Positions 9,509 to 17,957 of a DNA stretch of 64,000 bases are shown here, piece by piece; within the stretch, counting starts at the first letter, position 1; each line of letters begins with the position of its first letter. The DNA is taken from assembly GCA_963787445.1 (NCBI GenBank), contig CAWBCT010000013.1, positions 43,096-107,095 on the forward strand, read 5' to 3'. The notes below the pieces were generated by a model that was not told where the DNA came from, searched no databases, and saw only the letters and a program-made list of their open reading frames with translations. The translations under genes and the position numbers were made by a program. The stretch is from an uncultured archaeon. GTDB taxonomy: Archaea > Micrarchaeota > Micrarchaeia > Micrarchaeales > CABMGC01.

Positions 9509-10222
9509 CTAGCCCCACATCTCTGCGAATATGTGCTTCTCGTCAACGCCCATGGAGATGAGCCCTGTCTTCAGTGCCTTCACGAATTCAGGCGGGCCGC
9601 AGATATAGCTGACCCTGTCCTTCACATCCGGAACCTCACGAAGTATCATGTTCGTGTCAACGTGGCCCTTCTCTCCATTCCATCCGTCGCCATCGGCTGG
9701 CCTGGTCACCGTCACCACGGTCTTAACCCCGAGCTTCTGTTCTATCTCACCAAGCTCGTCCTTGTTGATAATTTCTGTGGGATACCTCACGCTGTACAGC
9801 ATCCTGCCGTCAATCTTCTGGGCCTTCCTCTCTATGTTCCTGAGCATGGAGAGGAATGGCGCAAGCCCTGTGCCGCCTGCGAGGAAGAGGAATTTCTCTC
9901 CTGAGTTTATGTCAAACTTGAATTGTCCATACGGAGCCGAGACAGAGTAAACGTCACCAACTTTTGCTAACGCGAGCTTGCTGGTGAACTTTCCGCCTAT
10001 CAGTGCAATAAGAAATTCAAGCGTGCTTGAAGGCGGGGCGTTGGCTATCGAGAATGCCCTGGCTATCTTTTCGCCTGTGGTAGGATCATTGTACTGCAGC
10101 ATCGCGAACATCCCCGGGACGAAATCGATCTCAGTGCCGTCCTGCGCCCTGAAGGTGAACTCTGAGACCAGAGGCGTAAGCTTCTTGACTTCTGTAAGGA
10201 TATAGGGCTTGTTGGTTATCAT
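9509..10222 (-). CDS. FAD/NAD(P)-binding oxidoreductase, ferredoxin reductase (FNR) superfamily
   Basis: F.PGMF, RAFSIAN, PYGQF, LAGGTGLAPF, YSVR, YICGPP. Confidence 0.9.
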   Translation of the reverse strand: MITNKPYILTEVKKLTPLVSEFTFRAQDGTEIDFVPGMFAMLQYNDPTTGEKIARAFSIANAPPSSTLEFLIALIGGKFTSKLALAKVGDVYSVSAPYGQFKFDINSGEKFLFLAGGTGLAPFLSMLRNIERKAQKIDGRMLYSVRYPTEIINKDELGEIEQKLGVKTVVTVTRPADGDGWNGEKGHVDTNMILREVPDVKDRVSYICGPPEFVKALKTGLISMGVDEKHIFAEMWG

Positions 10223-10242
10223 CGAAAAGCCTGCTTGGAGAG

Positions 10243-10581
10243 CTACTGGCTCTTCATGCTCGTCATGTTCTCTATGGCGCGCTCGTGCTTCTCCATCGCC
10301 TTCACTATCTCCTTGAGCTTGGGGTTGATGTTGTAGCCGAGGTCGTAGCCGCGCTCTGTCCTGATGTGCGTAGGCTGAAGAACATTGAGTGTCATTGAAA
10401 GAGTTCTAAGGGTGAGTATGAGGGTCTTGCGCGTGAAGCTCTTTCCGAGCTCCAAATACAGCTCGCGCGTGGTTCTTGGCGACTTTATCATGAGGAGTTT
10501 CAACACCGCATAGTTTGGCTTGCTCATCAGCTTTCGGATAAGCCAAATCTCATCATCATTCTTATCTCTCTTCGCCATCAA
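10243..10581 (-). CDS. Winged-helix (HxlR/ArsR-like) DNA-binding protein
   Basis: Basic 112-aa protein with a wHTH-like pattern; upstream of the oxidoreductase. Confidence 0.5.
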   Translation of the reverse strand: MMAKRDKNDDEIWLIRKLMSKPNYAVLKLLMIKSPRTTRELYLELGKSFTRKTLILTLRTLSMTLNVLQPTHIRTERGYDLGYNINPKLKEIVKAMEKHERAIENMTSMKSQ

Positions 10582-10724
10582 TCTCCCAGTCTAATATGAA
10601 CAAGTAAGTTTTATAAATACCTTTCCCTCGTTCTCCCCTCCACATCGCTACCGAATCCTAGCCTAATAGAAAGGTATAAAAAGAGTAATGGGTATTACAT
10701 ATACCAAAGTAATTTTCTGATACT

Positions 10725-12236
10725 ATGCTCCTAGCCAAATTACGTCGACAGATGCTTTTTCACTCTAACAAAAAGCAGGAAATGGTGAGTTCACAAAGAT
10801 TGAGCTTCGAGATAGATACGCCCATCTCCGCGCCTCCTGTAAAATCCTTTACAATGGGCACATCCTGCACAATCGTGACTGCGCATGGCACAAATTTCTA
10901 CAACGTAGGCGACCATCGCCTCTCAAGGCACGAGCACGAACTCCTGTCGCTTGCCAAATCTTCAGTCATAGAGGCGCTGGCCTCCCTTGATGTCCCGATC
11001 TCCATGTCCCTGTTTGAGCAGGCACGGGCGATAGCGAACGCGCGCCTTGCGCAAAGCGCTGACCAGCCCACCGCTTCGTACCTTTCGTACCTGGTCGCGC
11101 ACGACACCGTTGGCTTTGGCCCGATAAGCCTACTGATGGAGAACCGCTCTAACATGGAAGAGATAGAGATCAGCTCTCCCAGCGAGCCCATCTCCGTGTA
11201 CCTGTCGGATTTTGGCCGCTGCAAGACAAACCTCTCTTTCAGGGATGAGCAGAGCTTCAGGCAGTACATCAATAAGTTCATCTATGAAAGCGAAAAGGAG
11301 CTAGGCGAAAACATGCCGATCATCGACGCCCAGGTCGGGGAAGCCCGGATTCACGCCCAGATAAGGCCCTATGCGGTCAACGGCGGTGCAGCCTCCATAA
11401 GGCTCGGGCGCGGCAAGCAGATGGGCGCGTACGCGCTTCTAAGGAGCTCGACGCTGTCCCCGGAGATTCTCGCCTACCTGTGGACGGCCCTGGACTCGTC
11501 AATGAACTTTGTGATCTCCGGCGCTCCCGGGAGCGGGAAAACCACGCTGGTCCACGCGTTGGCGCAGTTCGTCCCGTGGCACAGCAAGCTGGTCACCATA
11601 GAGGATGATGTCAACGAGCTGAAGCTGGACGGCCCGTCGATGAACACGGTGGCGCTCTACGGGTCCAAGTTCAGCGGGATAAGCGCCAAAGCCCAGGTGA
11701 TAAATGCGCTGAGGATGCGTCCGGACCGAATAGTGATAGGGGAGATAAGGGGCGAGGAGGCGTCGGAGCTGTTTTCCGGCGCAAACCTCGGGACGCCCTT
11801 CATGACCACCATGCACAGCAGCGAGGAGCCCCTTGGGGTCATAAAGAAACTGCTTGTTAAGCCCATGCGGGTTGAGCCGGGCTCCCTGAGCATGCTTGAC
11901 TTCTCGGTTTACATGAAGCAGCAGGACCTGAAGAACAGGACGGTAAACGGAATATCAGAATACAAATGGCTGAGCCGCGCCGAGACCGAGGAGGGGACCG
12001 TGGTCGGCGACTATGACCTGGTGAAACACAGCTGCATCGTTGAAGACTCAAAGCTCGCTTCAGGGTTCATGGAGGTCTCGAAGGTCATCGCTGCAAACGC
12101 CAGGATAACTGGGCTTTCAGAGGCTGCAGCAAAGAAAGAGTTCGAAAGCCGGGTCTCCATAATCAAAAAGGCCCTATCGTCGTCCAAGAATGAGGATGAG
12201 TTCAGGCAAAACATATGGAAGGCATGGTACTCATGA
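10725..12236 (+). CDS. Type IV pilus/Tad assembly ATPase (CpaF/VirB11 family)
   Basis: Walker A GAPGSGKTT, Asp box TIEDDVNE, ALRMRPDRIVIGEIRGEEA, His box TTMH. Confidence 0.92.
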   Translation: MLLAKLRRQMLFHSNKKQEMVSSQRLSFEIDTPISAPPVKSFTMGTSCTIVTAHGTNFYNVGDHRLSRHEHELLSLAKSSVIEALASLDVPISMSLFEQARAIANARLAQSADQPTASYLSYLVAHDTVGFGPISLLMENRSNMEEIEISSPSEPISVYLSDFGRCKTNLSFRDEQSFRQYINKFIYESEKELGENMPIIDAQVGEARIHAQIRPYAVNGGAASIRLGRGKQMGAYALLRSSTLSPEILAYLWTALDSSMNFVISGAPGSGKTTLVHALAQFVPWHSKLVTIEDDVNELKLDGPSMNTVALYGSKFSGISAKAQVINALRMRPDRIVIGEIRGEEASELFSGANLGTPFMTTMHSSEEPLGVIKKLLVKPMRVEPGSLSMLDFSVYMKQQDLKNRTVNGISEYKWLSRAETEEGTVVGDYDLVKHSCIVEDSKLASGFMEVSKVIAANARITGLSEAAAKKEFESRVSIIKKALSSSKNEDEFRQNIWKAWYS

Positions 12237-12934
12237 ATAGATTATCGGTTCTGCATACTTCCTGTTTTGTGCTGCTCGGCTCCAGCATTTTTGCTGTTTC
12301 CACAATAATGGCAGAAGGACTAACCCTCTCTTCGTCCCTGCTCGACCTACTCCTCTCCTTTTCCTCATCGTTCATAATCATCCTTTGCATAAGCATAATA
12401 GAAGACGCGCAAAAATCAAAGGTCCTGGAAGAGGCCTTTGTAAATTGTCTGCGTTCCACCATTTTTTACAACTCTAACGGAACCCCGCTTGCCCATGCTC
12501 TCGAGCTTTCCCTGACCCCGTCCACCCCGAACCCCATAAAAAGCGAGATAAGACGCACCGCAAGCAGGATCCAACTCGGAATCGACAAACCCGAACTATT
12601 CATCTCCCCGAACCTTCTGAAGTTCTGTAACACCTTCAAAGTCTCTCCGGGCAGGGTCACCGATGTTGGAGGCCTTGGCGCGCTTCTGGAAGCCCACGAC
12701 CTTCATCTCAACGAGCAGCTCTCCTACATCGAGTCTTCAATCCAGAAGTTCGCCACGGCAAACATGTTTTTAGCGGTGATAGCACCATCGTTCATTCTTT
12801 TTGCATTTATTGGCAACTCCATAATCTCCCAGGGCCAATCTGACCTGCGCTTGCTGTACGTTCTGCTTCTTGGCGTTATCCCGGCTCTGTACGCTCTCTC
12901 GAGCCTGCTCTTCTCAAGGCGAATAAATGCTTAA
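12215..12934 (+). CDS. TadB/TadC-like platform membrane protein, divergent
   Basis: TM-cytosolic helical-TM layout directly after the ATPase. Confidence 0.55.
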   Translation: MEGMVLMNRLSVLHTSCFVLLGSSIFAVSTIMAEGLTLSSSLLDLLLSFSSSFIIILCISIIEDAQKSKVLEEAFVNCLRSTIFYNSNGTPLAHALELSLTPSTPNPIKSEIRRTASRIQLGIDKPELFISPNLLKFCNTFKVSPGRVTDVGGLGALLEAHDLHLNEQLSYIESSIQKFATANMFLAVIAPSFILFAFIGNSIISQGQSDLRLLYVLLLGVIPALYALSSLLFSRRINA

Positions 12935-13682
12935 ACACGTGCCTGAACTGCTTTTTTGCGCCTTGGAAGTGGGTCTGCTTCTCGCTTACCTGTTTTGGGG
13001 CTTTGGTTTGCTGCTTTTCGCCCTGCTGGCAGTTGCAATATCGCACCTTCTTTGGAGGCGAAAGCAAAAAAGGCCCAATGAGGATTGGCTCTCATCCTAC
13101 TGCCACGTGTTAGGTGCCAAATACTCCGCCAGCGGTGCCCTGGTTCATAGCGTTGAAAAGGTTTGCTCAGATCTAGGCTCCTCTCCCTTTTCAGAGATTC
13201 CAAGACGGTTCCGCCTTGGCGATGATGAACCTTCACGTAATTCGGCGCCCCCTGGCTTCACAAAAAGCTTGTACGAGATGCTTGGGTTCAGCATAAAAAC
13301 CGGAAGATCGGTGCGATCATCGGTGGAAAAGCTGCATAGGAGCCTATTGCACGAGACCAAGTCGAAGAACCTGACTTCAGCCAAGGTGGGCACGATGAGC
13401 TCCATAACCTACCTGGGCTTGGTCTTCTTCCTTCCGATGTTTGGTGCCGTAAGCTCGACCATCTTCTCCACCCTTTCAACATCGGCCGCAGCCTCAGCGG
13501 GCTCGGCCCAGAACCTGGCATTCGCCGTTTTGATCTACATAGCGCTGGGCCTTTACATAACCGCCTATGCCTATGGGGAGCGCAGGAGATTCTCAGAGAT
13601 GACCTCTGCCATCCTGCCTCTACTTTCGGTAGCAGCCTTTGTGCTGTTCTTCACCTACACCTACATTTCCACTCTACTATGA
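12927..13682 (+). CDS. TadC-like platform membrane protein
   Basis: Multiple TMs, RFRLG and SIKTGRS segments, locus context. Confidence 0.55.
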   Translation: MLKHVPELLFCALEVGLLLAYLFWGFGLLLFALLAVAISHLLWRRKQKRPNEDWLSSYCHVLGAKYSASGALVHSVEKVCSDLGSSPFSEIPRRFRLGDDEPSRNSAPPGFTKSLYEMLGFSIKTGRSVRSSVEKLHRSLLHETKSKNLTSAKVGTMSSITYLGLVFFLPMFGAVSSTIFSTLSTSAAASAGSAQNLAFAVLIYIALGLYITAYAYGERRRFSEMTSAILPLLSVAAFVLFFTYTYISTLL

Positions 13683-13691
13683 GGTAATAAT

Positions 13692-13991
13692 ATGAGAAAT
13701 ACGAGAAGAAATTGGAAGACAAGAACAAACATCGCAGTCCGTTGCGTGACCCGGCTCCTGGTGCCGCCCGAGGCGCGCTCGCTGCTCGCTGTGGCGAGCT
13801 CCAGGAAGGGGCAGGGCTCGCTGGAGTACATCATGATGGTGGCTGCCGCCAGCGTGGTGATCGTGATAGCCCTGGCGATGGTGGTGAAGCTGAAGGGTTC
13901 CGCCTCGAGCACGGTCTTGGTGAACGGGAACTCGATGAGCGTCTCCCAGGCCATTTCGACCGAGCTCGGGAACCTGACCAGCGGAGTCTGA
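13692..13991 (+). CDS. Archaeal type IV pilin (class III signal peptide)
   Basis: RKG|QGSLEY followed by a hydrophobic helix. Confidence 0.85.
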   Translation: MRNTRRNWKTRTNIAVRCVTRLLVPPEARSLLAVASSRKGQGSLEYIMMVAAASVVIVIALAMVVKLKGSASSTVLVNGNSMSVSQAISTELGNLTSGV

Positions 13992-14011
13992 AAACAGCCA
14001 GCGGTGGAGAG

Positions 14012-14371
14012 ATGCATCTGCAGCTATCGGTAGAGTTTCTGATCTACCTCGCCATCTGCGGGGTAGCCCTTCTCGTCTCGGTAGCTGCGCTTTCCACCTA
14101 CCTGCGCAGCCTCTCCGGCTCGAGCAGCGCCCAGGCGAACTCGACCTTTGCCTGGCTTCTCTCCTCTGCGGAGTACTCCGGCGTGAGCAACTTCAGCGCC
14201 TACGTCCCAAGCGGGATCTGCGCTTCAGGATCTCCCCCACAGCTGACTCCGGAGAACTCAGGCTATTACCTGCCCGAGGCCGTGGGGCTGGACAGGGCCT
14301 CCCTGTGCCCCTCCGGACGGAGCGAGCAGTTGACGCTGGAGGAGAGCAACGGGAGTGTGGTGCTTAGATGA
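14012..14371 (+). CDS. Minor pilin-like protein
   Basis: MHL|QLSVEFLIYL plus hydrophobic helix; real start is ATG 14012. Confidence 0.7.
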   Translation: MHLQLSVEFLIYLAICGVALLVSVAALSTYLRSLSGSSSAQANSTFAWLLSSAEYSGVSNFSAYVPSGICASGSPPQLTPENSGYYLPEAVGLDRASLCPSGRSEQLTLEESNGSVVLR

Positions 14372-14577
14372 GGCTCCAGATCAGCTTCGAGCTCCTGGTC
14401 TCGCTCTCCCTAGCGTTCGCCCTGATGTTCTACCTGGCCGGTGCGCTGCTGGGCCTTGCGCCACGGCTCAGCAACTTGCAGCAGAGCGCCTCATCCCAGG
14501 TCGCGAACTCCGTGAACCTGACGCAAAGCATGGCGCTCCAGGCCGGATGCTTCGAATCAAGCCAGGTGCCAGGATGA
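14368..14577 (+). CDS. Minor pilin-like protein
   Basis: MRL|QISFELL; ATGA overlap with the previous gene. Confidence 0.7.
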   Translation: MRLQISFELLVSLSLAFALMFYLAGALLGLAPRLSNLQQSASSQVANSVNLTQSMALQAGCFESSQVPG

Positions 14578-14912
14578 GGGCCGTGCTGATCTCCCTTGAC
14601 CTGCTGATCGCGCTTCCGATACTGTTCACCGCGATCACCCTCTTCCTGGTTTATTCCTACTCTTCGGTTGGGTACCTTTCCTCAAGCTCTTCGGGCGCCT
14701 CCGCCTTGTTTGAGCTTTATCTCCGGTCGGTCCCGTTTTACAACACGCTGAGCTCCTCGCTGGCGTACAACCAGAGTTCCGGCCTACTGTACTCCTCCCC
14801 GAACGAGAGCTTCGCACTCGAACCCCTTGCCATCATTAGCGGTTGCGGATCAGAGTACGCCTGCAGGATAGTTCCGGTGTCTGGAAAACTTGAGGTGTTG
14901 GTGGGAAGATGA
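14574..14912 (+). CDS. Minor pilin-like protein
   Basis: MRA|VLISLDLLIAL; ATGA overlap. Confidence 0.6.
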   Translation: MRAVLISLDLLIALPILFTAITLFLVYSYSSVGYLSSSSSGASALFELYLRSVPFYNTLSSSLAYNQSSGLLYSSPNESFALEPLAIISGCGSEYACRIVPVSGKLEVLVGR

Positions 14913-16201
14913 ATAAAAGAATTCAGACGAGCATAGAATTCGTCATACTGCTCACGTGCGTCTCCACGCTTTCCCTCTCGGGGATACTTTTGTTTAAGAG
15001 CCTCGAGACGCAGGGCTCAAGCGCCGTGTCCGCGATTGCGAACAAGACCCTGACCGCCCAAACCAGGTCCTACGTCCCGGTGAGCACAGGATCGCCCTAC
15101 CTGAACATTTATTTTCCGGAAAACTCGACCCTCGGAACCCCAAACCGAATGCAGATAGACGCCTACGGCTGCGATAGCGGCCATGCGCAGATAAACATCT
15201 CATCAAACTCCCTCACCTTTTCAAGGACAAAGATAACCGCGAATCTTACCGGGATCTCTGTCGAAAATGTATCCTTCGAGCCGTTGCAGGCCGGGCCGGC
15301 GACAGGTTCTGTCACGTACACGATGAACTGCGGTTCCACGAATGACTCTGGTTCCTACCCCCTTTGGACATACGCGACCTACAGGCAGCAATCCCCCGGC
15401 CAGCAGGACGATTACGCGGTCATCACCGCAAGAAATGAGAGCCTACTCTACCGCCTGCTGAATCTGGGCGGAATCTACAACTTCACCACCTTCAACCACT
15501 GCACCTTTGTGAACTTTTGGACCGTCCCCTACAGCGCGGACAGGCAATGCTATTATGACACCGGAGCCTCGGATTATCTGGCATTTGATGGCAGTTGCCT
15601 GGCCCCAGACTACCCCTACAGCAGAGCCTACTGCGATGTTCCAGACCTTCTGAATTACAACATCAGCCAGCTCAACTCATCCTACTCTCTAGACTACTCG
15701 TTTAAGCTCACGCTTCAGACCGCCCTTGGGCTTGCCTCAGCAAACCTCACCTCGGCCTCCCAAAACTCTACGGTGTACTCAAACGGGCAGGCGATAGGCA
15801 CTGCCAGCGTCTCAGAGTCCTACGCCCCTTCCTATCTGCCGCAGCAGATTATCGTGCAAGGGCCGGGCCAGGCCTACAGCTACGGAAACGCGACCGCCTA
15901 CTCGCAGTATGAGCAGGCCTACGACAGCCTCAACGATCTTTTGCAGTTTTACAACAATGCCGAGATATCTGGAGACAGCCAGGCCAGCATACAAGTCTCG
16001 CTGTACGCGGTCTCAACAAGCTCATCGGCTTTCCTGCGCTCGCTCACCGGCATAACCGGAAGTTCCTGCGAAGTCAATGGGGGAGTATACCGATGCCCTT
16101 CCAAGGTGCCGTTCACCTACCAGATAAACGTGAACCTGCCGGGCCTGGAAGGTCAAAACGAGTCGCTGAACTATGCGGGAACCCTGGTAAGGATAAATTA
16201 A
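14909..16201 (+). CDS. Large pilin-anchored adhesin-like protein (Cys-, Tyr- and sequon-rich)
   Basis: MNKRI|QTSIEF plus TM; 430 aa, beta-rich, many N-x-S/T sequons. Confidence 0.7.
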   Translation: MNKRIQTSIEFVILLTCVSTLSLSGILLFKSLETQGSSAVSAIANKTLTAQTRSYVPVSTGSPYLNIYFPENSTLGTPNRMQIDAYGCDSGHAQINISSNSLTFSRTKITANLTGISVENVSFEPLQAGPATGSVTYTMNCGSTNDSGSYPLWTYATYRQQSPGQQDDYAVITARNESLLYRLLNLGGIYNFTTFNHCTFVNFWTVPYSADRQCYYDTGASDYLAFDGSCLAPDYPYSRAYCDVPDLLNYNISQLNSSYSLDYSFKLTLQTALGLASANLTSASQNSTVYSNGQAIGTASVSESYAPSYLPQQIIVQGPGQAYSYGNATAYSQYEQAYDSLNDLLQFYNNAEISGDSQASIQVSLYAVSTSSSAFLRSLTGITGSSCEVNGGVYRCPSKVPFTYQINVNLPGLEGQNESLNYAGTLVRIN

Positions 16202-16208
16202 TGGTTTT

Positions 16209-16571
16209 ATGAAGGCACAATTTGCAACATTTGAAGCGCTTGCAGCAGCGTTCGTGATTACTTTGGCGATGGCTTCCGGATCGGCCATCATCGGCTCCTA
16301 TGCCTCACGGCAGTACTACTCATCGGAGCACCTCCGCCTGGTGCTTGCCGAACATGACTTCGTGGAATCCTCGCTGGTTAACTATTCCTTGGACTCCTGC
16401 ATACTCTCCTATGTGCAAAACAGGAGCAGCTGCATGGGCTATTATTCCTCCTATTTTTCCAAGCTCTATGGCCTGGGCCAGTTCAACATCTCGGCACCTG
16501 GAAACTTTACCACTGGCGAAAGCTGCTTTCCGGTATTGAATTCGACCCGGCTCCTTTGTTTTGGTGATTGA
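16209..16571 (+). CDS. Minor pilin-like protein
   Basis: MKA|QFATFEAL plus hydrophobic helix. Confidence 0.7.
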   Translation: MKAQFATFEALAAAFVITLAMASGSAIIGSYASRQYYSSEHLRLVLAEHDFVESSLVNYSLDSCILSYVQNRSSCMGYYSSYFSKLYGLGQFNISAPGNFTTGESCFPVLNSTRLLCFGD

Positions 16572-16850
16572 CTGGCCTTCTATGGAATTGCGATCACGAT
16601 GACCATAGCCCTGTGCGGATTTTATTTGGCGGCGATCAGCAACGCAACCTCTAATCTGGGTCTCATCGGGCTCCAGATGTATAAATTAGCCTCCATCACC
16701 GCTCTCCAAGCAAGCGGCTCCTCAACGGTAGGAAATCCGCCCTATGCTAACTTATCATTAAGAATAAACGGAGTCTATTCAAAGAACCTGAATGGTTCTA
16801 CGATTATGGGCTACGTTGGTTCGGGATTTTACTGCCTATTTCCGTCATAA
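16572..16850 (+). CDS. Small membrane-anchored protein closing the pilus operon
   Basis: Frame open from CTG 16572, immediately after the previous stop; first ATG 16599. Confidence 0.5.
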   Translation: MAFYGIAITMTIALCGFYLAAISNATSNLGLIGLQMYKLASITALQASGSSTVGNPPYANLSLRINGVYSKNLNGSTIMGYVGSGFYCLFPS

Positions 16851-16938
16851 AAGAACAAAATATGCAATTTTGTAATACCTCTTGTATTCTTATAGTAATA
16901 CATATATATCTTTGTAACTGTATAATATTGGTGAATTT

Positions 16939-17157
16939 ATGTCAGAAGTTATAACTCTTCGGGTAAGCCATGAGACAAAAAGGCTCATGAATCAGATGGA
17001 CATAAATTGGAGTGAGGAAATCCGGGGATACATAGAAGGAAGAACAAAATCTTTCCACCTGCATGGTCTACTGAATAGGATCAAGAAAAATGCAAAACAA
17101 ATCAAAGTCAACACAGACAGCACCCGGCTGGTAAGAGCAGATCGTGATGCCAGATGA
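16939..17157 (+). CDS. vapB: VapB-like antitoxin (RHH)
   Basis: VITLRVS.E.K..M....INWSEEIR, VRADRDAR; overlaps vapC. Confidence 0.85.
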   Translation: MSEVITLRVSHETKRLMNQMDINWSEEIRGYIEGRTKSFHLHGLLNRIKKNAKQIKVNTDSTRLVRADRDAR

Positions 17158-17576
17158 CCGTAATAGACTCAAGCGCCCTCATCAAGCTGCTTATAACTGA
17201 AAATGGCTCTGCCGAAGCCACGAAAGTCTTCTATTCGCTTACCGGCAAAGGCGAACCGCTGATCGCCCCGGATATAATTTTTTCAGAAGTCATGAATGGC
17301 CTATGGAAGCACAATGTCCTGCTGAAGGACATAACTGACAAGAAACTCGGAATGGCCAGGGAGAGCCTGGAGCTGGTGTATGCAGACCTAGAAATATCCA
17401 AGGCAACAGAACTGGCAGAAGACTCCATTCGGATAGGCATGGCCCACAAGATTACTTTTTATGATTCTTTGTATGTTGCATTGAGCCTTAATACCAACTC
17501 TCCGTTATTCACGTTTGACAAATACCTTAAAAGCAAAGCAGAAGAGATTGGGTTTGAGGTATTAAATTTAAGCTAG
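17154..17576 (+). CDS. vapC: VapC PIN-domain toxin
   Basis: VIDSSALIK, SEVMN, ITFYDSLYVAL, TFD. Confidence 0.9.
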   Translation: MTVIDSSALIKLLITENGSAEATKVFYSLTGKGEPLIAPDIIFSEVMNGLWKHNVLLKDITDKKLGMARESLELVYADLEISKATELAEDSIRIGMAHKITFYDSLYVALSLNTNSPLFTFDKYLKSKAEEIGFEVLNLS

Positions 17577-17607
17577 CTGCTAGGGTCTGTATAGGATTCA
17601 GAAAGAG

Positions 17608-17808
17608 TCATACTTCAGAACGGGCGCTCTTGTACCTGCCGCGCTTCTTAAGGTCGCTCCAGCAGTCCTTGCAGATGAAGGCCTTCTCGGTCTTGCTCAC
17701 GCGCTTCGAGCTCTTGAGGCAGTCGTAGCACACCTTTCTGCTGCAGTAGCCGCATACGTTGTACTTGTATGCCTCTCGACCGCATCGCTCACATAACATA
17801 GAACTCAC
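17608..17808 (-). CDS. Small zinc-finger protein
   Basis: Four CxxC motifs (CERC, CGYC, CYDC, CKDC) in 66 aa. Confidence 0.7.
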   Translation of the reverse strand: MSSMLCERCGREAYKYNVCGYCSRKVCYDCLKSSKRVSKTEKAFICKDCWSDLKKRGRYKSARSEV

Positions 17809-17957
17809 TGTGCTTCTATATTAGGATAACAAATGTATATAAATGGTGCAGAATCAGGCCGGCAAAACCTGCTGCCCAAGAAATTCAGCCGCCATAACGT
17901 CAGAAAGGCTTTAAATACATATCTATTAATAAGATATTGCGACCACAGAGTGTCTTC

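Noticed and set aside
13712-14011. N-terminal extension of the 219-aa ORF (and similarly 14355-14573)
   Set aside because: Overlaps a real pilin in another frame; pilin-like starts are at 14012 and 14574
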